Source: a virus
Lineage: Duplodnaviria; Caudoviricetes
Reading direction: 5' to 3' (one strand)
Length of the DNA stretch: 54,622 bases
Virus record (IMG/VR): IMGVR_UViG_3300017751_000023
Coordinates: 1-54,622 of that record
Positions 8,396-18,175 of the stretch are shown piece after piece (position 1 is the stretch's first letter; each line of letters begins with the position of its first letter). The notes beneath the pieces were generated by a model. The model was not told the origin of the DNA. It saw nothing but the letters and a program-made list of their open reading frames with translations, and did not search any database. The translations under genes were made by a program, and so were the position numbers.

Positions 8396-9250
8396 ATGAA
8401 AAAGATTGATACCCTTGTTAGAGACATTTATAAGACTGTAGAAGGTAAAGGCAGTTGGGATAGTGTCGTTGGTTCAACCTTTGGTAGTAACTTGTCCTCT
8501 GTCGCAAGTCAAAGGTTCTCCTCTCCTCAAGAACCACGAGGGTATCTTTCTCTTTCATCTGTGGGGACACCCTGTAAGAGAAAGCTGTGGTACAAAGTAA
8601 ACAAACCGAAGGAAGGTGAGTCTCTACGTCCTAGCACACTACTAAAGTTCTTCTATGGAGATATGATAGAAGAGTTGGTGCTGTCATTGGCTAAGGCTAG
8701 TGGTCACTCAGTAGAAGGAGAACAGAGTAAACTAAACGTACACGGTGTCAAAGGACACAGAGATGCTGTCATTGATGGTATGACAGTAGATGTAAAGTCC
8801 TGTAGTAGTTATGCCTACAAAAAATTTAAAGAAGGAAAACTAAAAAATGATGACCCATTTGGATATATCTCACAACTTAGTTCGTATGTATATGCAGGGA
8901 AGGATGACCCACTTGTCACTGACAAGACACACGGAGCTTTTTTGGCAGTTGATAAGCAGAACGGAAATGTTTGTTTGGATGTTTATGATTTCTCTGAAGA
9001 GTTAGCAGAAAAAGAAGAAGAGATTGTAAATATAAAAAAGATTGTAGAAGGAGATATACCTGAAGAAAAGGTTGACCCTGTTCCACAGTCAAAGACTAGT
9101 AACAATATGAAACTTAGTATGCAGTGTAGTTATTGTGACTTTAAGTATATATGTTGGAAAGACGTAAGAACTTTCATCTACTCTTATGGTCCTGAGTATC
9201 TAACAGAGGTAAACACAGAGCCTAAAGTTCCAGAGATATGGCATGACTAG
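8396..9250 (+). CDS. PD-(D/E)xK exonuclease (Cas4/RecB-like)
   Basis: LSSVGTPCKRKLWY, GHRD..IDG..VDVKS, YISQL, CSYC...C cysteine pattern. Confidence 0.85.
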   Translation: MKKIDTLVRDIYKTVEGKGSWDSVVGSTFGSNLSSVASQRFSSPQEPRGYLSLSSVGTPCKRKLWYKVNKPKEGESLRPSTLLKFFYGDMIEELVLSLAKASGHSVEGEQSKLNVHGVKGHRDAVIDGMTVDVKSCSSYAYKKFKEGKLKNDDPFGYISQLSSYVYAGKDDPLVTDKTHGAFLAVDKQNGNVCLDVYDFSEELAEKEEEIVNIKKIVEGDIPEEKVDPVPQSKTSNNMKLSMQCSYCDFKYICWKDVRTFIYSYGPEYLTEVNTEPKVPEIWHD

Positions 9251-9620
9251 GAACGCAAAGGCTAAGGGTAGGCTTGGTCAACAGGAAGTAAGAGACAAAC
9301 TACTTGAAACATTTCCTGACCTAGAGCCTGACGATATTAAGTCTACTATCATGGGAGACTCAGGTGAGGACATACAGTTGTCACCTGCTGCAAGAAAGAT
9401 AATACCTCTCACCATTGAGGTGAAGAGAAGAAAGAATAATTTGAAGACTGTATACGACTATATGGAACAGGCTTCAAGTCATGCAAAAGGAGAGCCTGTT
9501 GTATTCTACCGTTCAGACAGGAAGCCTTGGGTTGTTATGATTGGGATGGAACACTACATGAATTTATTAAAGGTATGGGCTGATGAAAACAAAAAGAGTA
9601 AAAATTTGGGCAGTAACTGA
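9243..9620 (+). CDS. Putative Holliday junction resolvase/endonuclease
   Basis: KAKGR..Q, GEDI, IEVK motifs. Confidence 0.7.
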   Translation: MTRNAKAKGRLGQQEVRDKLLETFPDLEPDDIKSTIMGDSGEDIQLSPAARKIIPLTIEVKRRKNNLKTVYDYMEQASSHAKGEPVVFYRSDRKPWVVMIGMEHYMNLLKVWADENKKSKNLGSN

Positions 9621-9861
9621 AGGTCCTTACAATCTTGAGACCTTAACATCAAACTATCCTTATGAGATACCACCTGACTGTAATCATTTGGTAGTTTGCA
9701 AAGTAGAGAAGAGAAAGAAACTTGTAGATAAAGAATTTTGGTTTGAAAACGAAGAGGATGCACATAAATTTAAATCACATATTGACTCCAAGATGGAAGC
9801 CACTATAATATACGCACCACAGTTAGAAGAACCATTTGAATTAGAGTATGAGGATGAATAA
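9583..9861 (+). CDS. Hypothetical protein
   Basis: Co-directional ORF overlapping both neighbours. Confidence 0.65.
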   Translation: MKTKRVKIWAVTEGPYNLETLTSNYPYEIPPDCNHLVVCKVEKRKKLVDKEFWFENEEDAHKFKSHIDSKMEATIIYAPQLEEPFELEYEDE

Positions 9862-10042
9862 AAATAATTATGAAATAAGTATGACGATAAAGGTTGACCC
9901 TACTGCTAACTTTCTTGAGGTGGGGGATAAACATACAGATGCTTCATGTATTAAACAAAGAGTATGTGAAGCGATTTATGACATTGATGATGTAGAAATA
10001 AAACATATAGAAATAACGAGGAGAAAAGATGATACCGACTGA
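9848..10042 (+). CDS. Hypothetical protein
   Basis: Fills the gap before the RNR gene; start may be 9854. Confidence 0.65.
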   Translation: MRMNKNNYEISMTIKVDPTANFLEVGDKHTDASCIKQRVCEAIYDIDDVEIKHIEITRRKDDTD

Positions 10043-11921
10043 TTACCAAAACTTTATAGCAGTATCCAGATACGCACGATGGATGGAAGAAGAAGGACGC
10101 AGAGAAACGTGGGAAGAAACTGTAGACAGATATGTCGGATATATGTCACAGAAAGTTAAGGGACACCTCCCCCTCACACAAGTTAGGGACGCTATACTCA
10201 ATCTAGAAGTTATGCCTTCCATGAGAGCCTTAATGACTGCAGGGTCTGCACTTGAAAGAGACAATACAGCAGGGTACAATTGTAGCTATATGCCTGTCGA
10301 TGACCCAAAGTCTTTTGATGAAGCTATGTATATACTTCTTTGTGGTACAGGAGTTGGGTTCTCTGTGGAGAGACAGTATGTCAATCAACTACCAGAGATT
10401 CCAAAGAAGTTAGAAGATGTTAACACTGTCATAGAGGTGCAAGACAGCAAAGAAGGTTGGGCAAGAGCCTTACGTAAGCTAATAGGACACCTGTATATGG
10501 GTGAAGCTCCTATGTGGGATGTGTCGAAGGTTAGACCTGCAGGTTCTAGGCTAAAGGTATTCGGTGGTAGGGCATCAGGTCCTGCACCTCTCGTTGATTT
10601 ATTTAACTTCACAGTAGCCTTGTTCAGACAGAATGAAGGACGTAAGCTGTCTAGCTACGACTGCCATAATCTAATGTGCAAAGTTGGGGAAGTTGTAGTG
10701 TCAGGTGGTGTTAGACGGTCTGCCATGATTAGCCTGTCTAACCTCTCAGATGGACGCATGAGACATGCCAAGTCAGGTAAGTGGTGGGAGACTGCACCAC
10801 AGATGGCATTGGCTAATAACTCTGTGTGCTACACCGATAAGCCTGACGGTGAGACATTCTTGCGAGAGTGGGCATCTCTTGTAGAGTCTAAGTCAGGAGA
10901 GCGTGGTATATTTAATAGAACATCTGCAAAGGAACAGGCTGCTAAATACGGCAGACGAGACCCTGAGCATGAGTTTGGCACGAATCCTTGCAGTGAGATT
11001 ATCCTACGTCCCTACCAGTTCTGTAACCTAACAGAGGTTGTGATACGAGAGAAGGATAAGTTTGATGACTTGAAGAAGAAGGTTATGCTTGCCACAATAT
11101 TAGGCACAATACAGTCTACTCTCACCAAGTTTCCATATCTAAGAAAGATTTGGAATAAGAACACAGAAGAAGAGAGACTACTTGGCGTAAGTCTCACAGG
11201 AATAATGGATAATGAATTAACAAATGGGAGAAAGCATGGGCTTGAAAAAACCCTCACAGCACTCAGAGAAGTCGCAGTCGAAACAAACAGAGAGTGGGCA
11301 GAGGTACTTGGAGTCCCACAAAGCACAGCCATCACCTGTGTCAAACCAAGTGGTACAGTCTCACAACTCGTGGACTCAAGTTCTGGTATCCACCCTCGTC
11401 ATAGCAGTTATTATATCAGGACTGTTCGTGGTGATAATAAAGACCCTCTCACACAATTTCTAATTGACAGTGGTATACCTGCAGAAGCAGACTTTATGAA
11501 GCCTGATGCACAGACAGTATTTAGCTTTCCTATGAAGTCCCCAAAGAAATCGGTCAAGAGGGACGATATGACAGCCATACAACAGCTAGAGACATGGCTC
11601 ACATATCAGAGGTACTGGTGTGAACACAAGCCTTCAGTGACGATTTCTGTACGAGATGATGAGTGGATGGAAGTTGGTGCGTTTGTATTTAAACACTTTG
11701 ACGAGATGTCAGGTGTGTCATTTTTACCACACTCCGACCATACTTATCAGCAAGCACCATATCAGGAGTGTACAGAAGCCGTATACAATGATTTTAGCAG
11801 TAAGTTCGGACATATTGATTGGAATAAGTTTAGAGATTACGAGAAGGTAGATACAACTTCAGGCAGTCAAACCTTTGCCTGTTCTGGAGATAGTTGTGAG
11901 ATAGTGGACATAGGAGCTTAA
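10029..11921 (+). CDS. nrdJ: Class II (cobalamin-dependent) ribonucleotide reductase
   Basis: MPSMR, YNCS, GTGVGFSV, VRRSA, TNPCSEI, CNL, KPSGT and C-terminal CxxxxC; no small-subunit gene present. Confidence 0.93.
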   Translation: MIPTDYQNFIAVSRYARWMEEEGRRETWEETVDRYVGYMSQKVKGHLPLTQVRDAILNLEVMPSMRALMTAGSALERDNTAGYNCSYMPVDDPKSFDEAMYILLCGTGVGFSVERQYVNQLPEIPKKLEDVNTVIEVQDSKEGWARALRKLIGHLYMGEAPMWDVSKVRPAGSRLKVFGGRASGPAPLVDLFNFTVALFRQNEGRKLSSYDCHNLMCKVGEVVVSGGVRRSAMISLSNLSDGRMRHAKSGKWWETAPQMALANNSVCYTDKPDGETFLREWASLVESKSGERGIFNRTSAKEQAAKYGRRDPEHEFGTNPCSEIILRPYQFCNLTEVVIREKDKFDDLKKKVMLATILGTIQSTLTKFPYLRKIWNKNTEEERLLGVSLTGIMDNELTNGRKHGLEKTLTALREVAVETNREWAEVLGVPQSTAITCVKPSGTVSQLVDSSSGIHPRHSSYYIRTVRGDNKDPLTQFLIDSGIPAEADFMKPDAQTVFSFPMKSPKKSVKRDDMTAIQQLETWLTYQRYWCEHKPSVTISVRDDEWMEVGAFVFKHFDEMSGVSFLPHSDHTYQQAPYQECTEAVYNDFSSKFGHIDWNKFRDYEKVDTTSGSQTFACSGDSCEIVDIGA

Positions 11922-11922
11922 A

Positions 11923-12159
11923 ATGGGAGCAGTGGTAATATATGCAACGATAATTCTTAATAACGTAATTGGTGTTATTGAGTACAAGGGGGAATTATTT
12001 AAGGATAACCAAGAGTGTATCACCTACTTACAAACATACAACGACCACATAAATAAAACACTTAAAGAGCATTTGGATAAAAAAGAAAAGGGTTCTACTG
12101 TTCTTTACATTGGGTGTTCGGATAGAAGTAAATTTGTACAAGAAGGCACAGGAGCATAG
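11923..12159 (+). CDS. Hypothetical protein
   Basis: AGGAG RBS; hydrophobic N-terminus and two Cys. Confidence 0.65.
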   Translation: MGAVVIYATIILNNVIGVIEYKGELFKDNQECITYLQTYNDHINKTLKEHLDKKEKGSTVLYIGCSDRSKFVQEGTGA

Positions 12160-12160
12160 C

Positions 12161-12373
12161 ATGGCTAAGTGGGCAAACATAGAATCAGAAGCAAAGGATT
12201 TTAAGAAGAGAAAGGTAACGGCTAAGAGTCTAAAGCCATTGACGAGCAGACGCTACATGGCAGGTCAGGCTCTTTCTGGATTACTAGCGAGGAGTAATGG
12301 GTATGTTAATATGGAGTCTGTTAGAAGAGAAGCCTACGAGTGGGCAGACTTTATGTTAGATGACGATTATTAA
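12161..12373 (+). CDS. Hypothetical protein, last gene of the + arm
   Basis: AGGAG then ATG 12161; RRYMAGQAL..L...AY..AD.ML pattern typical of small phage proteins. Confidence 0.7.
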   Translation: MAKWANIESEAKDFKKRKVTAKSLKPLTSRRYMAGQALSGLLARSNGYVNMESVRREAYEWADFMLDDDY

Positions 12374-12374
12374 T

Positions 12375-15300
12375 TTACTGCATCCCTAATCTATCATCAC
12401 TTCTGTAGTTTTCCATGTAGATATTTATATTGTTTAAGATTTCTACAGAGTCATCTCTTTCTAGTATATCCTCTATTTTAGTAGAGCCTACTAGCTCTTC
12501 TATATCAAGAATATCTACGGCAAAATTATAAGCGTCTCTTCCTCCTGAAGTAACTTTTTTTAATAGGCTTAGAGTTGGAGGAGTCATAGAATCTAATCTA
12601 TCTAAAGTTAACTTTCTAAATCTATTTTTCATTTGATTTAAAACAAACCTTTTTTTCTCTAACGACTCGTTAAAAAAGTTTGGATTATCCACTAAATAGT
12701 CTACTGCTAACTGTTCAAATATTGGAGATGCTATTGCGTCCATAGCATTTTTAACTTTTGGGTCTCCCTCCCAACGATTCCATTTCCAAGTTCTTATACC
12801 TGCAGAGTCTAACATTCTTTCCCCCACAGTTTTTACATCAGAGTATCTTAAACCTAACGACTTTGCAATGTCAGGTCTTAGATTAAAACCTTCAGGAAAC
12901 ATAGCCCTTCTCTCTTCCTTCATACTAGAGACATCTTCAAAGGGTGTTAGCGTAAGGAGATTTCTTACATATTTAGTGGCACTGTTTAATCTTTTATTTC
13001 CCTGTCTTATGTCTGGTATTTTACCATCATTTACAAATAAATTTACTGCTAAGTCATATGGCTCAAGACTTCTTGTCGAACCCTGTAAAATTTTTCCACC
13101 TGCATCGCCTAGTATATTTAATCCAAACTCAACAGTACCCACAGCCGATTCTATTGGACCTTCCCTACCCTCAAATGCTTGTGGTATGTATGTCTCTAAA
13201 ATTTGTCTATTGATATATGCTGATAATTTATCAGGCTCTCTCAAAGCTGCAGCGCCAAGAGAGTCAAGTGCTGTTAAAACTAAATCAAAGGGGACATTTT
13301 TTGGGTCAAAATTTTCAATAATGTATGCAGGTATATCTTCAGGACTTAGATTAGCTATCTCCTGTTCTAAACTTTTACCTTTACCAGTTAAACCGTGGGC
13401 AATCATTTGGGCAGATAGGTCAAACTGATTTAGCGGCCAATCATAAGCTGTATCAAGCATAGCACCTTGCTCATTTTTATTTTCATTATACGCTCTACCT
13501 TCTTCAACTTTGTTAATAGCAGAATTAGGACCATCAAAAGTTCTATACATTACATATGTCCAACCTACACCTGCTTTTACTAAAGATTCCATATAATCTT
13601 GACTTTCAGGGTCTAGTGGTTTACCCCTAACTTTTTGAGCAGTAAACCTTAAAAAATTAAAACCACTGTAATCCCCAAAAGTTGCAAGAACCGTATTCAT
13701 AAAACTACCAAAAGGAACTACAAAGCCAAGACCTGCTCCTTTACTAGTATTTGTTATATCTTCAACTATTCTTGCACCATACCTAAAAAAATTATTCCCA
13801 TGCATCTTAGTTAGTCGTGACCAGTTCACAGATGCTGTCTGTCTCATAGTTCTATAAGTTGCTTTATCTAACACCTCTGCCTTAAACTTTTCACTGTGTA
13901 TTTCTAAACCTATATCTTCTCTAGAATAAAACTTAGTTGGAGTTTCACCATAAACTTTCATTATTCTTTGATTAACATTATTTCCGAATGCCCATAATTT
14001 TGTGACCTCATCCTGCAATCTCATTAAGGATAAAGTTTGTTGTCCTCTTGTTACAGCATCAACTGCTTTATATCCGATACTTGAAATACCACCTTTGTCT
14101 AAGTTAAACATGGCTAGACTGTCATTAGGTCCACCATCACCTGCAACATCTCTAAACAGTCTTTCTCTTACTTCAGGCTTTAACTCTAGTATTTTCTTAG
14201 CATATGCCATATCTAAATCTGGAGTTAAAACAGAAATACCTCTTCTTGCTTCTCCTAATAAACTTCCGTATGCTTGATTTGCATAAAAGGTTGCTTTTTC
14301 ATTTTTACCTAGAGCTTTATAGGGAACATATAATGCCATGTTCGTAACAGATGAAGTTATTTCTGAAGCTGCATCTAACAAAGTTAAAGCATTAAAACCT
14401 TTTAAGTTTGATACAGTGGTTGCAGGATGAGAGGTTAATAGTCTTTTATATATACCTAGTGTCCATTGAAATCTTTTTGGAGATGTATCTTCTACTTTTT
14501 TTGCTCCTGCAAATGCTCTTACTGCTGCACTCATATTTTCAGTTTCATTATTTATAGCTCTTATAGCTTGCTGAGGTACTTGCAAAATACCACCCCCAAG
14601 AGATACCTCCGTAATAAATTTAGAACCTGCCGCTTTAGATGTGTAGTTCATATTTAAAGATTTACCAGTCCTAGACTCGTAATTCTTCATAGCTTTTCCC
14701 ATAATTTCATCAGGTATATATTCTAGAGATTGACCAAGAACACCTGTTATTTTCATCTCCTCAATCATTTTTGGGTGAAATACAAAACCTGCTTCGTTTA
14801 GTGCTTGCAGATAACCTTTAGTAATAACATTACCTTGTTCATCTGCAGTACCAAAAAATAATTCTTTGTAAAATTGATTAAGATGTCCTGTGTCAGATTT
14901 AAGAGCTTCTTTTCCAAACTGTTCTACTAAATATTTTTTAGAATTTTCTTTAGCTTCTGCCCAAGCTTTCATCTTACTTGGGTCTCCTTTTATGCCACCA
15001 AATGTTTCATCAATAGCTTCAATTAAATTAGGTATATTTGGATTTACCCTATCATCTAAAAGTTTTTTTAAGTTAGCACCCTGTTTAAATGCTTTATCTA
15101 CATCTTCATAACCTATAAAACTATTTTTAAATTTATCTGACCTTCGTAGTTCTTTAAATCCATAAGACACACCTGTTATTGCAGGAACTAACATTGTCAT
15201 AAGAGCAGATAAACCAACTCTACCTTTATCAATCTCATCCTGATTGTCAACATTTATAAGTTGAGTCTGTTGAAGAATATCTAAACCAACATTAAAAGCC

Positions 15301-16277
15301 ATGTCAGGTAAGGCAAAAGCAGCAGTAGATAAAACAAGTTCTCTCCTAGCTAGTGCTTTAGTAATATTCTTTTTTGCTACCTCTTTAGAAATTCCTTTAG
15401 ATAGTTGGTCTTTGAAATAATTTTTCATTATTATCTTTGCGCCTTCTGCAGAAGCCTTAGCACCTGCACCAAATAAAAATTTACCAATACCTAAAGTAAA
15501 TAAATTTATTGGGTCAAGAATAGCACCTTTTGTATAATCAAATAATGCGTCTCCCATCTCTGCATATGTACCCCTACCTGTAAAAGCATTGTCCATTCTA
15601 TCAAATATTTTATAGGAAGCACCTAATCTCATTTTTTCTTGGGGTGTTGCAAATATACCTGCTGACACCTCATTAGCAATAGTTACAGAGTTTCCTACGC
15701 TAAAACTTCTCATCCAATTCTGCCAAGTTTCAAATACTTTTTCGTTTGACTGAGTATAATAATCTCTATCAAATACACCACCTGTAGCTCCACCTGCCAT
15801 AGCAGTAACAGCACCACCCAACTTACTTGTTAGATTGTCACTGTATCTTGCTGAAAGACCTTGCCTAATGACATCCATCAAAACTTTATCTTCTAGTATG
15901 TCTTCTTTAGTAAGAGTTTTTTTATAGAATTGCTCTGATACATCACCTGATGTACCTGCTTCTCCAAAGATTCCCCCTGTTAAAAACTTTGGGTCTCTCT
16001 GTCTTTCTGCCATGTATTTTGGGAAATTAATTGCAGTGCCACCATCTTCTCCGACAAATAAATAATTGTCAACTTCTGATGATTTTGATACATTTTGACT
16101 TAAACTATAGTCTGTATATTTTTCTGCACTGTCTTCTGCAAGACCTAAACTGTAATCTATATAATTACCTGATACAATTTCTTCTTGTTCTTCATCTACT
16201 TCTGGTATGTTAGTGGTGTCTACTCTTAAACTAGGTACACCTTTGGATAAAGAATAATCTATATATTCTTCAGCCAC
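12375..16277 (-). CDS. Large internal virion (ejection) protein
   Basis: 1300-aa, largely helical-looking ORF at the distal end of a podovirus structural arm; positional inference. Confidence 0.7.
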   Translation of the reverse strand: MAEEYIDYSLSKGVPSLRVDTTNIPEVDEEQEEIVSGNYIDYSLGLAEDSAEKYTDYSLSQNVSKSSEVDNYLFVGEDGGTAINFPKYMAERQRDPKFLTGGIFGEAGTSGDVSEQFYKKTLTKEDILEDKVLMDVIRQGLSARYSDNLTSKLGGAVTAMAGGATGGVFDRDYYTQSNEKVFETWQNWMRSFSVGNSVTIANEVSAGIFATPQEKMRLGASYKIFDRMDNAFTGRGTYAEMGDALFDYTKGAILDPINLFTLGIGKFLFGAGAKASAEGAKIIMKNYFKDQLSKGISKEVAKKNITKALARRELVLSTAAFALPDMAFNVGLDILQQTQLINVDNQDEIDKGRVGLSALMTMLVPAITGVSYGFKELRRSDKFKNSFIGYEDVDKAFKQGANLKKLLDDRVNPNIPNLIEAIDETFGGIKGDPSKMKAWAEAKENSKKYLVEQFGKEALKSDTGHLNQFYKELFFGTADEQGNVITKGYLQALNEAGFVFHPKMIEEMKITGVLGQSLEYIPDEIMGKAMKNYESRTGKSLNMNYTSKAAGSKFITEVSLGGGILQVPQQAIRAINNETENMSAAVRAFAGAKKVEDTSPKRFQWTLGIYKRLLTSHPATTVSNLKGFNALTLLDAASEITSSVTNMALYVPYKALGKNEKATFYANQAYGSLLGEARRGISVLTPDLDMAYAKKILELKPEVRERLFRDVAGDGGPNDSLAMFNLDKGGISSIGYKAVDAVTRGQQTLSLMRLQDEVTKLWAFGNNVNQRIMKVYGETPTKFYSREDIGLEIHSEKFKAEVLDKATYRTMRQTASVNWSRLTKMHGNNFFRYGARIVEDITNTSKGAGLGFVVPFGSFMNTVLATFGDYSGFNFLRFTAQKVRGKPLDPESQDYMESLVKAGVGWTYVMYRTFDGPNSAINKVEEGRAYNENKNEQGAMLDTAYDWPLNQFDLSAQMIAHGLTGKGKSLEQEIANLSPEDIPAYIIENFDPKNVPFDLVLTALDSLGAAALREPDKLSAYINRQILETYIPQAFEGREGPIESAVGTVEFGLNILGDAGGKILQGSTRSLEPYDLAVNLFVNDGKIPDIRQGNKRLNSATKYVRNLLTLTPFEDVSSMKEERRAMFPEGFNLRPDIAKSLGLRYSDVKTVGERMLDSAGIRTWKWNRWEGDPKVKNAMDAIASPIFEQLAVDYLVDNPNFFNESLEKKRFVLNQMKNRFRKLTLDRLDSMTPPTLSLLKKVTSGGRDAYNFAVDILDIEELVGSTKIEDILERDDSVEILNNINIYMENYRSDDRLGMQ

Positions 16278-17395
16278 TATCTTCTCGCTTTTATTTTATT
16301 TATAGATTTATTATTTATCGTTACACCTTCTACTAAATTTACTTCACTTCCTTCTTCTATAATACCTTTACTCACTAAGTCTCTCAAAACACTTTCATTT
16401 TGAACAGTAAACGGAACTGTTGGATAGACTTTTGGTATGTTAAGCCTAGGTAGAATAGAAGTTTCTGGGTAAGTTTTTATTAAATCTGGACTAGATGTAA
16501 ATGACTTATACAAATTCTGTGTACCATATAGTCTAAATAAAGGTAGTTGATTAGTTTTATTATAGTTTACCTGACTTAATTTAAGAAACCTATTGTCTAG
16601 ATATTTTTTTAATTCGCCCTCTGGAGATGTTAGTGGAGATACTTTTTCCTTTTTTAATAATTCATCTAGTTCTCTTTTAACTGATGCAAGTTCGTTATTA
16701 TATTTTAAATCTAGACTGTTATATATTGAATTTGCAATATTTTCTGCACCTTCTATACCTGCTTTCTCCATTTTTACAGGCATACTTGGTACAACAAATT
16801 CGCTAAATATTCTTCCTGCATAATTACCTTTTAATTCTTGAATCCTTGGGCTTAATCCTTCTGGATACATTTCTTCAAAATTTGACCATATTGTATCTCC
16901 TGATACACTTGTCTTAGTAATCCTTTCAAAAAACTCACCAATCTCTTGATTTGTTACTCCTCCTTTATAGCCTTTTTTCTCAGCATCTGCTCTTGCTCTA
17001 GTTAGCTCTTTATATATTCTTTGAAATACATCAGATTGATTATTTGTTGCTGCAGAAAATTTAGTTAAAGATTCTTTTGATACACCAAAATCAGTCCTAA
17101 TAGCTGACATATATGTTGCATCACTAGCTTGTCCTCCAGTGCCTTTTTTACCAGTTCTTCCTATACCACCACCTGAACCAGTAAACATACCTGCACTTTC
17201 TAATTGTTTTAATACCTTAAATTGATTTTCAAAGTCAGCCTGTTCTTTTTGAAACTCTAATTTTTCTTTAGATAATGCAAAGTTTGCTTTTGATAATGCA
17301 AACTGTTCTTCTTTTAAAGCAAAAGCCTCACGATATTTTTTTTCTTCTTCAACTTCTCTTTGATACTGATTTAAACCTTGCCAAAATCCTGCCAT
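16277..17395 (-). CDS. Putative internal virion protein
   Basis: MAGFWQG start, coiled-coil, Gly-rich linker; coupled to the 1300-aa gene. Confidence 0.6.
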   Translation of the reverse strand: MAGFWQGLNQYQREVEEEKKYREAFALKEEQFALSKANFALSKEKLEFQKEQADFENQFKVLKQLESAGMFTGSGGGIGRTGKKGTGGQASDATYMSAIRTDFGVSKESLTKFSAATNNQSDVFQRIYKELTRARADAEKKGYKGGVTNQEIGEFFERITKTSVSGDTIWSNFEEMYPEGLSPRIQELKGNYAGRIFSEFVVPSMPVKMEKAGIEGAENIANSIYNSLDLKYNNELASVKRELDELLKKEKVSPLTSPEGELKKYLDNRFLKLSQVNYNKTNQLPLFRLYGTQNLYKSFTSSPDLIKTYPETSILPRLNIPKVYPTVPFTVQNESVLRDLVSKGIIEEGSEVNLVEGVTINNKSINKIKARR

Positions 17396-17397
17396 AA

Positions 17398-17937
17398 TTA
17401 ACTCCTAGACATTAAACCTTTTACAGGTTCTTTTTCTTCTTCTACTCTAGCTTCATTAGCTACATCTTCTTGCATACTCTGCATCATTTCATCATCCATT
17501 AAAGTATCGTTTGAAATTTCAGAGTCTCCATCTTTTATTTTATTTAGTTCATTTTCTGCAAGAACTCTCAATCTTTGAAATCTTATATTATTCTTTTCAG
17601 GTAAGTTTTCTAAACCTTCATCATATTCCATTCCAGTGGCATCTAATCTACCAACTATAAATTCGTGAACAAGAGGAGCGATAATTATACTAACATCTAT
17701 GGAATGCACACCCTCTGCAACAGCACTTCTAAGAACACCCTCGGTTAAACTTTTAACATCCATACCTGACTGTGAAAAAAATATTATATCTTCAAGTGCT
17801 TCTTTTCTACTTAAATTACCAAAATGCTTTTCCAATGCTTTCTTAGGGTCTACAATCTCATAAGGATTCTCATAAGACATGTTCTTTGGGGGAGAAGCTA
17901 GGGACTGACCGGGAACTGGATAGTCAAACTGGGTCAT
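17398..17937 (-). CDS. Conserved virion-associated protein
   Basis: PVPGQSL...YENP N-terminus and KGLMSR C-terminus. Confidence 0.65.
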   Translation of the reverse strand: MTQFDYPVPGQSLASPPKNMSYENPYEIVDPKKALEKHFGNLSRKEALEDIIFFSQSGMDVKSLTEGVLRSAVAEGVHSIDVSIIIAPLVHEFIVGRLDATGMEYDEGLENLPEKNNIRFQRLRVLAENELNKIKDGDSEISNDTLMDDEMMQSMQEDVANEARVEEEKEPVKGLMSRS

Positions 17938-18157
17938 TCATTTTCTCCTTTAATTCTTTATTCTCTAACATTATTTGCAAAAACGCAGATTCTTGAAATT
18001 TTTGTAGTGGATTCTTATCGTCATCAACTTTTTCTTCATTGTTTCTTCTATTTATAAAACCTTTTGTTCCGTCACCTTCTTCTTTTTTATTAGCGTAGTC
18101 TTCCATATATTCTAGTCTACGCAACTCAATTAGTCTTTTTGTGTAATCTAACGACAT
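17924..18157 (-). CDS. Hypothetical protein
   Basis: AGGTG RBS; co-directional ORF. Confidence 0.6.
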   Translation of the reverse strand: MSLDYTKRLIELRRLEYMEDYANKKEEGDGTKGFINRRNNEEKVDDDKNPLQKFQESAFLQIMLENKELKEKMNDPV

Positions 18158-18175
18158 ACATCACCTATTAATTTA

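Noticed and set aside
8396-9250. Cas4-like gene as evidence of a CRISPR system
   Set aside because: No repeat-spacer array or other cas genes seen; solo Cas4-like exonucleases are common in phage replication modules.
5850-11921. Introns, inteins or homing endonucleases in polA or nrdJ
   Set aside because: Both ORFs are uninterrupted and compact, with no intein or HNH/LAGLIDADG motifs seen.
12375-18157. AT-rich block as a foreign island or recoded region
   Set aside because: ORFs are long and intact in the standard code and occupy the usual internal-virion-protein position.
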